Positions 1 through 12,907 of a stretch of 64,000 nucleotides of DNA are shown one piece after another. Each line of letters starts with the position of its first letter. Within the stretch, counting starts at the first letter, position 1. The position numbers were made by a program, and so were the translations under genes. The notes beneath the pieces are model-generated. The model made no database searches. It was given only the letters and a program-made list of their open reading frames with translations, and was not told the DNA's origin. Source of the stretch: Paraspadella gotoi (taxonomy: Eukaryota > Animalia > Chaetognatha); the NCBI GenBank assembly GCA_051294375.1, contig CM119270.1:3836301-3900300 (forward strand). The letters run 5' to 3'.

Positions 1-174
1 GTCAACAATCAAAAGATCGGAGGAAGATTTAACGTGGGAGTCTCGGAAGATTCCGCGGTGTCTCTGAACAAGGTTCGGGACGAGTTGGTTGTCGTTGTTG
101 CTGACGTTAGTGTTGTAAAAGATTACTTCATCTCGACCTTCAGGGTTGTGGTTGATGATCTTCTTGATACACAT
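1..174 (-). CDS. Possible first coding exon of a gene running off the left edge (MCIKKIINHNPEGRDEVIFY...)
   Basis: ATG at 174-172 on the minus strand, with an open frame to position 1 and exon-like composition. No recognisable motif. Confidence 0.25.
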   Translation of the reverse strand, partial: MCIKKIINHNPEGRDEVIFYNTNVSNNDNQLVPNLVQRHRGIFRDSHVKSSSDLLIVD

Positions 175-359
175 TACAATTATTTATCGTAGCTGTTAAA
201 AATGTTTATTTTTTCGTCAGTATCGAAATTTTTGTTGAATTATTAAAAAAGCTGAATGTAAAAATGTCACTTCCATTCATCAAAATGTCAGTTTCAAGTC
301 TGTTCGTCCGAAATTCTGTCAGTCCCAAGTCATCCAGCATTTTTCTATCTATCTAAATA

Positions 360-430
360 AACTAACTAACTTAACCAAATCACTTAACTAACTAACCAAC
401 TAAACTAACTTAATTAAATCACTTAACTCT
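360..430. repeat. Degenerate (TAAC)n-like low-complexity repeat
   Basis: actaactaacttaaccaaatcacttaactaactaacc... with an internal ~40-bp duplication. Confidence 0.55.
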
Positions 431-437
431 ACAGGTA

Positions 438-1637
438 ATGACCCTGATCCGTCCCAGCTCGACCCCGACCGGTCGACCCAAACCCTCCGTCCACGCCACC
501 GCGCCCAAAGTCTTTCTCCATCACGTCGACTCGCGGCGCCACTTCCGGTTGTCGTCCTTCAAACAAAAGATCCTAAGGAGTCAACAGGTCAACAATAAGA
601 GAATTAAGGGGAAATACTGTGAACACCTAAAGTCGGTGACGAAGTCAAAATGTAGAAGTAGACGATTACGGCAACAGCCGGGTTGCCTGTGATGCCCATT
701 GGGATGGGGCATCTCACTGTTTGCTTTGGGGGATTCCGACCCTCAGTGACGCCTCCAGTCACTGGCGCGGTTACCCTCGGACGGTCTCGCTCTGCCAACG
801 CAGAGGGAAGTCGTTAGGACTGTGGATGGAACGCAGCGGTTGGGATGGTGTGTTCCCCCTCTGAGCCAATGGTACTCGCTCAACGATGTAAATATGTAAA
901 TATACCGCCGCACGATATCAGTTTAGGATCATATTAATTGGATTAAAATTTGTTTTGTTCCAGATCAAATTATTCTGGGGTAGAAAGAAACCCAGGTCCA
1001 TTTTAAGATTTTATTCTTTCAGTGCGGATTACTTTTTAAAATGAAATTTCTCTCCTTTACGTTGCCGATGGGCGTTGTCCAAATCATTGTTTGACATAAT
1101 GAAATAAGATTTTACTGAGGGAAAGACTCTCTTTCGGTTCTCAAATGTGAAAAAAATTGATCGTTTATACCGAGTATTTGATAACTAAATCGTGAAAATT
1201 GGTTAAACTTTCGTCGACGATTACTGGAACATGCAAATGAGATTAAAGGATAGCCATGCCGACAGGTTTACGACAGCGTCGTCGACCACCTCCGCCCTTC
1301 CGACGTCCTCATCGACCTCGTGGACGCCGGCTTCGTCGACGAGGAAGAGCAGACGCGCGTGCTGGAGAACTCCGCCTCCTTCCCGGTCAACTCCAACAGC
1401 GTGCTGTTGTACATGTTGATGCGGAAGGACGACGCCGCCTTCGACGCTTTCGTCGACTCGCTCCGGAATCACCCGACGGATCTCTATCGCGGAATGGTGG
1501 CCGTCATCGAGGAGACGGAGCGGCGCCGGGCCGCGGCCGGTTCCGCGCGACCGAGAGGCTCCACGTCTTCGACGACGTCGTCGGCGGCGGCGGCGTACTT
1601 CGTGGCGCCGCGGTCGGCGTCGGTGGACGGACAATGA
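438..1637 (+). CDS. Small CARD/death-fold domain protein, 2 visible exons (438-587, 1266-1637)
   Basis: A phase-0 GT(588)..AG(1265) intron gives KQKILRSQQ|VYDSVVDHLRPSDVLIDLVDAGFVDEEEQTRVLEN..NSVLLYMLMRKDDAAFDAFVDSLRNHP. This matches the CARD pattern (L..L.p..vl..L....vl...e.e.I..., LL..L..KG..AF..F...L). The acag acceptor at 431-434 implies a possible upstream exon. Confidence 0.72.
667..912 (-). mobile_element. Solo LTR-like element (246 bp) with 4-bp target-site duplication CGAT
   Basis: Reverse complement of the repeats at 7465-7716 and 7948-8196. Flanked by cgat at 663-666 and 913-916. Ends are TGCGGC...GCCGTA in element orientation. Lies in the CARD-gene intron. Confidence 0.7.
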
Positions 1638-2640
1638 TTGAAAGACTCGAGGAGCTCACTTGGGTCTTTCTCATGGGCGACGTCATTCCTTTAGCGGGCA
1701 CTGTTTCTCGAAAGCGCGCGAATTCTGTTCTTAATCCTTTAACTTATTAATTTTAACCGTAATATCTTACCAATAGATTAGATATCCATTAGATGCTTAA
1801 TAAAATCTTTAACCAAACCTAGTCCATAATCCCAACCTAACGTTAAACCTTAATCAATTATAATTTAATTATTAATCTTAAAAACTTACTTTATTCTGAA
1901 TTTAATCCGAAAGGGGCGCTTTTGGAAAATACGAACTGTGAAAAAAAAAACCGTTTTTGATAGAACTATTGCAGGAGGCATTAGTCAACTGAGGTGAAGC
2001 GAATATTCATTGTGACCGAAACAGTCAAAGTCATTTGTACTCGGTATACTACGCCTATTTACAGGTGCTTTTCATTTTTATGTATGGGTGTACGTTGAAA
2101 AAATGTTACTTCATTAAATATTATTTTTTTATATTTACTTTTGTTTTCACCGAGTAAATAATAGCCAAACAAACAACTTGGAAATGTATTAGATGAGTAT
2201 TTTAGATCTCTACACTCAGACTTCCTTTTATTTGAGTGGCAATCTAGGGGATGAGAAAGACTGAGGTAGGGGGTAGGGTATTTGGGGTGGGGGGGTAGGG
2301 GGGGTGGAGACGGCGTTTCGATTCTCTCGGTCGTGGAATGAGGAATCACCCACCAAAACAGGTTCTCGCGATTCTTCATCAAATTCTATCTCCCTTCCAT
2401 CATATTCGTTCTCCCGGAAGGCGAATGGAAAAAAAAATGGGGGGAGGATTGAAAGCACTCACGCGAAAGCGAGAGAGAGAGAGAGAGACATTGGAAGAAA
2501 AAAAAAGAGTCTCTTACGCTCGCTCTCTATATATATAAAGAGAAGAAAGTTCGAGAGAAAGAAAAAAAAAAGTTTGATGAGAAATGGAGCTTCGGTCTCG
2601 GCGAGCGGGATCGAGATCCTTTATAAGATATGAAAATTGG

Positions 2641-2685
<45 letters not shown>

Positions 2686-4605
2686 GGCGAGAAAATGTTA
2701 ATGGGCGATATGTCGGAGATTCGCCATTCGCACCCCGATCTGTAGTTTGCGAAGGCAAGATTGAAAAAAAACTGATTTAAGCGCAAAGCAGTTGCAAAAC
2801 AGAGAAAACGTTACGAATTTTATTACGTATATATATTATATTTATACTATAGAAAAGAATTACGAAATACTAGAATGAAGAAAGCGGGCGGGAGAAATAT
2901 TGGCTATTTTTTTCAAAATTTCTTAAATTAAATTCCCCGAAGTAACGCAAATATACTACAGAGAAATAAGACAACGCCAACTTTTTTCATGTCACGGTGT
3001 GCAAAGATGCGGAGGAAGTCAACGCCATTTTTTTTTTCATCTCTTCTTCGAGCCTCGATGTGGTTCGGCGGACGAGTCGTTTCGTTCTGAGCTAAGAATA
3101 CGTTAAAAGATCATATAAGGTGGAATGTAACAGTCTAGCGTCCGTGGGTGGTTAGCACGGGCAGCGTTGGGGCGTTAGGGATAGGACCACGCGGCATTGG
3201 TGGTTGAGGACGATACTTAGTGGTGGAGAAAGAAAATTCCAGACGGTGGTGGATGAGGTGCGCGCCAGGAGGCGGTGGTTAATGGGCGATCGGGAGGGGG
3301 GGGGGCGAGAGGGGAAGTGTAAACGCGTTGGCGAGGGGACGCGAAATCGAGTGGGAGGAAGAGGTGGACGATTCGAGACGAGCGCTGACACTATATTAGT
3401 AATAGAGTCAGAAAACGTCGCGGTCGAACGCGAAAGGATTTGGACGAGGGCGGACGCGACATTTAGATCCCAGTCGCGCGCGACACGGAGAATAAAGATG
3501 GCGCTAGAGAGAGAATTAATAACTGAGGAAGAAGAGACGAGACGCAACTGATTACGTTTATCTTTGTGTAACGATATCAAACGTTTTTTCTATTGAGATC
3601 AGCTCACTTAACGTTTGGGGGAATCCTTTACTATGATACTATCTTATCCTATTTCTGAGAGAGAATTTTTATTGAAAACAAAACGAGTTTTGTAATAGCA
3701 TTTTTGTTTTGTTTTGGTTGTAGATAGATATGGCTTTTCGGTTACAAATAAAATTGCACAGAACGGCTGTCATAAAGGAAATTAAAAGAGTTTTTTTTTT
3801 TTGAACGAATTCGTAAGAGACAAAGAATTCGGGTGGAAATAAATACGCGTCGATTGACGATCTTTGCCTACGAAATTAGTATCGATTAAGAAATAATTAT
3901 AAAAAAATTAAAGAAAAGAAAAAGAAAATTTTTTTTTTCCGTTCGTTTTATGAAACGATAAAATGTTATCACTTAAATAGACTACACGACCGCAACATTG
4001 ACTAGACAGACATGGACTAAATAAAGGAGTATTGGGGGAAAAAGAATTACACTTGTACCGTGTAAAAAAAAAAGTAACCCGACCGGAACTAAATAAAAAA
4101 TGATATTCTTTCGAGTTTCGACTTTCGCTAAAAAGGCAAGAGATGCTCGATTTGAGAAAAAGCAAATTAAATATTTGAAATCCATTTCGCTTTTTCGTCT
4201 AAAAAAAGTTTATTGAAACGAATTTCAAACGTAATCTTGTTTCAAAAACCGAGAAAAAACAAAATCTATGACGAGATTACTTATTCCAAATAAAACAAAA
4301 ATATTTGTTTTTAAAAAAAATCATTAATATAAAAAACAAAAGGCGAAAATGGAATGACTAATAACTACAAAGCTTGTAGACTACACGCGGAATATTAATT
4401 TCATGTTCGTAAAATAAATTTTACAACAGAACAAAAAAAAGTAAAGAAATAAAAACCCGGTGGGAAGAAATCTCGTAAGTGGCACAAAGAAAAAAATCGT
4501 CTTCGAAAAAAAAAAAAAAAAAATTCGCACGTAGTATAATTAAAAAAATATATATATGTAGTATATTGACTTTTTTTTTCGTAATTACGGAGAAGACGAA
4601 GATGA

Positions 4606-7303
4606 TCACTTGTTTCGCGGATGACCTCCGTGGAATTCTAGGACGCACAGATGGCAGGACCAGTTGCCCTCCGGAGGTTCGGACAGGGGAGGGTCGAGGC
4701 AGTACATGTGGTACCCGCGATCGCAGTCGTCGCAGAAGAGGAGCTGATGGACAAAAGAGGAGAGTTGATGTGGAGAGGGAAAAGTGATGGAGTGGGGGGG
4801 GAAGAGCTCAAGATTGAAAGAAACTGATTCATTCGTGCCACGAACCTGATCGTCGTTGTCCGACTTTCCGCACAAACCGCAGGATTTGCACTCGATGCAT
4901 TGCCACGAATACTTCTTCACCGAGATTATCATGTTCGCCGTGAACTGTTTTGAAAAAGAAAGGGGACGAATTACGATTTTATTATGAAGATCTTAATTTA
5001 TCACTCTCTCTTTCTCTCTCTCTCTCCACCTGCAGGCAGGACGGATGTCCCGATCTGCCACAATCGGCGCACGTGATGAGGATTTCCGCGGTGCCGGTTT
5101 TTTTGTTCATCTTCTCGTCTCCTAAACAAAAGTCGCAGTAGGGCGACGACGACGAAGACGACTCGCCCTCTGTCGTCGGCGGCGAATCTGACGGAAATGA
5201 GAATAAAAAAAAGGACAATGCAAGTTTTTTTCCCCCTTTTTTGTTTTTACAAAGAAAAAGTGGTGAATTTTCTTTCATGAATAAAAGAGGGAAATATGAC
5301 CTCGAGAAAGAGAAGAGGCGGGAGGAAAGTTGTTGAGAGAAAGAAGGGGAAAGGCATAAAGGAGGAGAATGAAAGGCAAGGGAAGGAGAATGAAGAGGCA
5401 AGGGAAGGAGAATGAAGAGGCAGAGGAGGAGAAAGGAGGCAGAGGAGGAGAATGAGAGGCAAGGAGGAAAATGAGAGGCAGAGGAGGAAAATGAAGAGGC
5501 AGGAGGAGGAGAATGAAGAGTCAGAGGAGAAGAATGTAATGGCAGAGGAGGAGAATGAAGAGGCAGAGGAGAAGAATCTAGAGGCAGAGGAGAAGAATCT
5601 AGAGGCAGAGGAGGGTAGGTGGGAGGGATGATTTTTCATCATAAAAAAGATGAATAAATTATAAATAAGAAAGATATTAAGTAGTAAGTTGATGGTTAAA
5701 AAATGAGTCAAATAAAAAAACAGCAAAAGAAGACTGAAGAAAATAAAAAGAAAAAGGGAATTCTAATAGGGCCCTGTCAAAGCTTGAAAGACGGGAATAC
5801 CAATGGCAAAAGAAAAACGGAGAGACAAAGTGAAAAGATGTCAAAATTCTGAAAGAGGACGTGAAAAAAGAGCAATAGAAAAAATGGAAAAGAAACAGTG
5901 ATTTACGCACATGGAAATAGAATTTAAGAAAAAAAGAGAGAGAGAGGGAGAGAAAGAAAGAAAAAAAAAGAAAGAAAAAAAAGAAAAAAGAAAGAAAAAA
6001 GAGAAAAGGGAGTTAATTGGTTCCCTCATCAAAAGGAGGGACTAAGTCTTCTCCCATAATCCGCATTCTTTTTAAAAAGAAGTTGAGTTGAGACTCGATT
6101 ATTGTTCTTCTCTCAGGCAAACGGCAATCAAGGTGCGCTCGAGCCCCAGTGCCGCTGAAAGAACATAAATCACCACATCCCTAGCTTCACTCTTTACAAG
6201 GGAACATGCTAAGGGGAGAGTCCCTTTATCGCTCGTTACTTAAGCATACGTTAGCCAATTCATACCGGGAATTAGATAAATTCTTAAGAACTGAATGAAT
6301 TTGGTTTTTTTAAATGAAATATTCAACCTAATACTAATCTATTAAAATCTAATAAGAAAAGAAATTACATAATAGTAAGAGTGATGGAGGCCTTAAACCA
6401 CCAAAGCCTGTCCAAAGTCGGGCAAGATAGCTTATTTATTAAATGAATGGATAATTTTTATATTGGTTGCACCAATTTCATAAACTAATACTTTAAATAT
6501 TAGTACTTTAAGAATTAAATGTTCAGCAGACGATAAACATCGCGATCCAATAAAGCCCGGTAGCTCGTGAAATAGTGGCGCACCGACAGCCGCCGCTGTC
6601 TATGCAAACGATAAGTCAAAAAGGAAGGAATAAAAAAAAGAGAAGTCGAGACGCGAAACGCTACCTTTTTCCTGAGCGTCGCAAGTCGTCTCGACGACAT
6701 CGTCCTTGGTCGCCACGTTCGTCGTCGTCGCTTCCGTCTCCCCGACGACGCTGGATGGTGTTGGAGGAAGAGCTGGATCGGGTCGAGGCGGCGTCGTCGT
6801 CGCGGCGGCCGGAGGTTGTTGTTGTGGAGGACGATGTTGAGGATGAGGAGGTTGAGGAGCCGGACGAGGATTATGCTGAGGAAGCGGATAAGTCGGATGG
6901 GGAACCGGATGCGGTGCTGGAAGCGGAACCGGATGCGGAGAGGCCGCGTAAGAGGGTCTGGGCTGGCTCGCTGGAGAGGGAGAGGGAGCGTGAGGTGAAA
7001 CCGCTCCAGGTTGCGTCGGTGGCTGAGGATGATGATGATGATGATGAGGCGAAGGAGAAACTTGAGATTCCAGCGACGTGCTCATGGAAAAGGGAAATCC
7101 CCAACGAGGCGGAACTAAGAAGGAAGGGAGAAAAGAGATTCCCCGTTGATGGTTGAGTTCGCGAAGAGAGAGAGAGAAAAGATTAAGTCTTTGAGGACTG
7201 ACCCCCATAGTCATGGCTTTAGTTAATTCTTAATCTGTAATCCTATTAACCCCTTAAAATACATTTTCGTTTCGGCAGACAGATATAGAGTCAAAGACAA
7301 AGC

Positions 7304-7368
<65 letters not shown>

Positions 7369-10300
7369 AGAGAGAGATTGGGGGTGGATAAAATTGTGAA
7401 AAAAATACAGATAAATTATAAAGAGATCCGACTTCAAGAGAATGATCGGCTTAAATTATTATATTGTGGGCGGTATATTCACACCGCCTCACGTCCACCA
7501 TCCGTCAGCCAAATCCATTGGCTCAGAGGGGGACACACCATCCCAGCGTAGTGTTCCATCCACAGTCCTAACGACTTCCCTCTGCGTTGGCAAGCGAGAC
7601 CGTCCATAGGTAACCGCGCCAGTGACTGGAGCGTCACCTGAGGGTCGGAGCTCCCCAAAGCCAACAGTGAGATGCCCCATCCAATGGGGCATCACAGGCA
7701 ACCGGCTGTTGCCATAAGTGGTGAGCCCTACTCGAACACGCAACCTTCCTCAGGGTACGCTCGACAAACGCCTATGCCCTGCCGACTTCGGGACGCTACG
7801 ACAAACGCCTATGGCCCCTGGGGTACGCTACGACAACGCCTATGCCCCCACAACTTCGCGCCTCTCTCTCTTTCCCACTAGGTAACAGTCTTGTCAGACA
7901 CCTCTCAGGACTGAGGAACTGCTGAGTGATGTTTTGGCCGGGGATCCTGTGGCGGTATAGTTCACACCGCTCCGTCCACCATCCGTCAGCCCAATCCATT
8001 GGCTCAAGGGGAACACACCATCCACACGCTGCGTTCATCCACAGTCCTAACGACTTCCCTCTGCGTCGGCAAAGCGAGACCGTCCGAGGGTAACGCGCCA
8101 GCTAACTGGAGGCGTTCACTGAGGCGTCGGAAGCCCCAGAGCAACAGTGACGATTGCCCCCCAATGGGTATCACAGGCACTCCGACTGTTGCCATAAGTA
8201 AACTTTTTTTCGAAAAAAATCTTACGAAAAATTACAAATGGGCGGATCAGACGCGGCAACAATAAACAGTTCAAAACGTCGGCGACTAAAAACAGGGAAG
8301 GATAAAGGGATCAAACCCTTTCGAAGCTTCGGTGGTTTTTTTTATGGCGCGAAGTAGCGGAGCAATTAGCTGCGTCGCTTTTTTTTTTCTGCGCCACTAG
8401 AAACGCCCATAAATGTTCTCCCCCCCTTTTTTCCTTCCTTACTTTCTCCGCCTTCCCCTTGTGTCGAGTTCGTATTTGCATATTTAATTGAGAGGTTTTT
8501 TTTCTCTTTCTTTTTTTTCTTTTCTTTTTTTCCCCTACTTCCAGGAAACGAACCTTTATGCGCGTCGCGGCTTTCGGAGTTCGTTTGATGGCCGAAAGGG
8601 GAGCCCATGTTTGCCAGGGGAGAATTCTGTTGAGAGGGGAAGAGGGGGAATAAGAGATACGAAATCGAAAATGGATATCGGATAAATAAATACAGATAAT
8701 TATGTAAATCTTGCAAATATTAACGGATTTCGGAGTACAAAAACAAAGGAGAAAGGGAAAAAAAGTGTGAAAGGTTTGGTTTTTCTCTTTCGATCGAGAA
8801 TCGCGCGTTCTATGTTTACAGTCAGCGATTTGTTAATTAGGCAAAGAATCTCGCTTACCTCAGACATTTTGTTCTTTAGCGGAAAGGAATTGGGTTTCCA
8901 TCCGGCCGCCGGCAACGTCGCTGCGAAAGAGGAAAAGACGGAAAAACAAAATAACAACATAAGACACTGAGAAAATCGGGATAAAAATCTTAAGACCACA
9001 GTCAATGCAGAATTATACGTACTACTACTTATATTCCCTTCAACACATTAAATTTCATGCCTTTCAATAAAATCACAGATGCTAAGACAAAGCGAGACTT
9101 TCAAAAGCTGAGAACTGTTTTTTTTTCCATTCCGCATCATAAGGTCATATTTTATGGTTGATAAAAAAGCCATAACGGCCGACGTTTTCCGTCAATTCAA
9201 AACGAAACAAAAAAAAACAAAAAAAAGAGGGACAAAACAGAAAAAACCGAATCCCCTCCAAGACCTTTCGGGAGAAGAGGGGGACCTCTGAAAATAAAAA
9301 GTTTTTTTTCCCAATTCGCCAGCGACGGAAAAACAAAAACAAAAACAGAAACAAGACGTCAAAAAAAAAAGGGAAGACGACGGAAAAGGTAACAAAGACC
9401 CCCTCGGCGGGTTTTCGCGCCGCTTTATGGCTTCTTCGAATTTCTGGACAAGAACGACGACGTAAACACCATTCACAATTCACGCATCACAACACAATTG
9501 CTGTTTTTCCTTTATTTTTCCTCTTATCCCCCCCCAATCCAAAACTTGTCTTTGAGTGAACAGAGTGAACTGAAGGTCGGGCTTTCGCGATAATAAAATC
9601 TAATTAGAGAAAATTATAACGAGTGGAATTAAAATAGAATCAAAATTGAATATTTAGCAACCTTTTTTTACAATTAAAATGAAGAATAGCGGTCGGTCGT
9701 GATTCTGAATATTAAATAAAAATAATTCTTCATTTATATTGCCTTCTTTCCTTAATAATTAATTATGTATTTAACGCTCTGGATGTATACTTTTTCAAAG
9801 AAATATCCCGCAAAGATCGAAAAAATCCTAAATGCTTCATTAACGAAACAACACATTCGTTGTCAAATCATAACCCAGTCACAAATCGAAGAAATAAAAA
9901 AAAGATTACTCACCTACGACGCCGCTAGAGTCAAGGGCGCCGTTCAGCTCCACGGACGACGCCTCTAAACCAGCGCCGCCGAAGTTGGGTCGAGTGGGAG
10001 ACGTCATCAAAGGGGAGAAATGACCGGCGCCAAGGGGCCCTAGAGGCGAGGAAAGAAACAAATGAGGGAAAAAAAGAGAAAGTTGCGCTACAATTAAACA
10101 AAAAGCGTTGCAGTTCTCGTCAACAAATGAAAGATAAATTAATAAACGAGACGTTGGACGTTGGAGAGAAAGAAGAGAGTTGCGAGGAGGCGGAAAGAAT
10201 CGGGGGGAAACGAGGGAAAGTCTCATAGGAAAAAAGAGTTTATTTTTTTCCCCTAATTTTTTGTATTATGTTTTTTGAAAAAAATTATATAAATTATATA

Positions 10301-12865
10301 AATGGGGGCCGTCGACGGGAGGAAAACGTCCGAGGGACAAAGAGGAGTTGAGAAAAATGGAGGCGAGAGTTGGGAAAGGAATAATAAGGAAGAATGGCGG
10401 GAGAGAGAAAGATGGCCAAGTGGGGAAATGGATTTAAATTTCAATCTTTTGTGTTTTTAATTGTGGCTTTGGGCCCATTTATTTGATTCTTTTGTTTGAC
10501 CGCGAGGGCGTGACAACTTCAAACGAGCGAAGCGAATAGAAATAAGCAATCTGGATTTTCTTTATCGTAATAATGTGATTTCCATAGTATTATAATTTTA
10601 TTCAAAACAAAATTACCCAGTGTCTGAATAACGTTTTTTTTTTTTAAAGATGAACTCCGTGTCTGTAGCTGAGTTAGACCACGAGGATTTTTAAAAAATA
10701 GTAATAAATTGATTCTAATTACTTCCATCATTTAAGTCATTTGATTTGGAGACACAAAAGGTTTCCCGCCTTTCGATAAAAAGAAAAACAACAAAATCTT
10801 CCCTTCAGTCCTTCTTCACAACCAAAATCTCACCGTGCCCCCCGGATGTTGATCCGCTGTGCGAGGAGTCGTCGTCGAGGCTCTCGGGCAAGTTGATCAT
10901 GTTGGCGGCGGTGGCGGGATTGCGGTAGTCGGCCATGTTGCCGCGGTGGTAGTGCGTGTAGTGATAGGTGAGGCCGGGCCGCGTTTTGTACCGAGTCCCG
11001 CAGAGTTCGCAATGGAACGGCTTCTCGATGGGATCGTCGGTCGAAGAGTTCTTCATGCGGCCGCCGCGCTTAGAGGTCGGCGCGGTTGAAGGGGACTTGG
11101 GGGTGTGAGTGGAGGGGGGGGGGACAGTGGGGGGAAAGTGAAAACGTGAATACAGGGATGGGATAAAAACTTGATACAAATACTAGGCGGCGAGGGGATT
11201 ACGATTTCTATGAGAATTTAATTGATTACAAAGGCTCAAAATAGATCCGACCTTGGTCAAGATCGAGACCCGGATATCGATCGGATATGAACCATTAAAA
11301 TTCTGACGAATTCTGTCTATTGTCTAAAGTCCATAAGAGAACACGGACGAAAGGTTTAACAACCTGTTTTAACCAAAGAAGCTGACGAGACTCTTTGTCC
11401 GGTTCGACTAACTCGAGTTCAATGTCCCCCCCCAACCCGAGGCTCCCCCCCGCCACCCTTCCCAACTTCCACCGGGTGTAACGAGGTCGCATCGAGGAAA
11501 AAAATGTTTCGCGCTTTTAGAAAAAAAAATGTTAAAAAAAAAAAATAAAATAAAAAAACAGAATGGGGGAAAAGAAAAAAAAAATTCTCGCCTTTGACGA
11601 CGAAGAATTATGAAGACGGATTCGCGGGGAAAATTCCGAAGCCAATTCCCCCTCCATTCAGTTTTTTTTTATCGGACAAATAAACCTCGCGGTGAATAAA
11701 ACAATCTTTCCGCCCCTCCATCATCGTTTCCACCTATTATCCCCTCCCCTTCTCTTCCCCTTTGACTTTTCCATCATCGTTTCCACCTATTATCCCCTCC
11801 CCTTCTCTTCCCCTTGACTTTTCCATCCTTCCAACATCGTTTCCACCTATTATCCCTCCCTTCTCTTCCCCTTTGACTTTTCCATCCTTCCAACATCGTT
11901 TCCACCTATTATCCCCTCCCCTTCTCTTCCCCTTTGACTTTTCCATCCTTCCATCATCGTTTCCCAACCTTTTCGCCCCCACCAATCTTCCGTCTCTAGT
12001 ATACTCTTCTATCACAAGCAACCTTTCTACCCTGTATCCTGAAACCTCCCATCCCAGTTTAACCTTTCTTTCTTCCTTCCTCCTAGAGACTCTCACTCAT
12101 CTGCTATTATCCCACATTCCACTTTCACTTAATAACTCCCCAACATCTGACGTCAACCCTTAGTCTCGCTCCACAAACAAAGCGGGTCTCTTCGTCCACC
12201 CATCTCTGTCCATCACAATTCTTACGCATTTTTCTGAAAAAAAGATTCGCTCCTTAATTCTAAAACGGCCTTAAAAGACCGATTTCACATCCTCCGGATT
12301 TCTCCGAACCTAATTCCTCCAAAAGCGAGGCGGCTCAAAGTCCCAAACGCTCCCCTTTACCCTGCCCATTGCCCAATACCCTTTCTTTTTGTCCCTTCTC
12401 ACCCCTGTAGACGATTTGGACTGATTTGGGATTCCGGACGAAAGATTGAGGAGGGATTTTTTCTTCTTCTTTGGTTTCGTCGTCGTCGTCGTCGTCGTCG
12501 TTGGCGGAGGATCTTCGAGTGTCTCCAGTTCAGTCACTGGAACGAATGAAGAAAAGAGATTTTTTTTTTTCTGGAAGTGGAGAGATAATATAAACCCGGG
12601 GCTTAGTGACAGAGAGAAAAGGAGTGGTGAGAGGAAATATAAATAAAAAAAAAGGAAAGTTAACGAGAAGATAAAATAATAAAATAATGTAATGAGTTGC
12701 TTGAATCAGAGGTACAGAATTTTGACATTTGAGAAAATAATCATAAGAAATTGAGGCAAGAAGGTAATAATACAAAAAAATGGAACAAAACAAGAAGGAA
12801 AGAAATAAAAGCCTATTCAATGCACCTTCCTATAGGGTGAAAACGAGAAATTAATAAATTCAATA

Positions 12866-12907
<42 letters not shown>

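Noticed and set aside
1231-1750. Overlapping ORFs suggesting a frameshifted gene
   Set aside because: Explained by the splice acceptor at 1265; the other frames are GC-rich shadows.
3130-3560. ORFs of 115-142 aa on both strands in a G-rich tract
   Set aside because: No motif and no convincing splice sites; the scrambled purine-rich texture resembles low-quality read sequence or UTR.
6388-6430. Twister-ribozyme-like string (TTAA..GCCTGTCCAAAGTCGGGC)
   Set aside because: Lacks the 3' strand needed to close P2/P1 and the pseudoknot.
7560-7716. HDV-like ribozyme in the LTR-like repeat
   Set aside because: The putative L3 loop is too long and there is no downstream P2 partner (TAGGAC).
7752-7850. 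Three ~30-bp repeats resembling a mini CRISPR array
   Set aside because: Intervening sequence is only 0-8 nt, the context is eukaryotic, and there are no cas genes.
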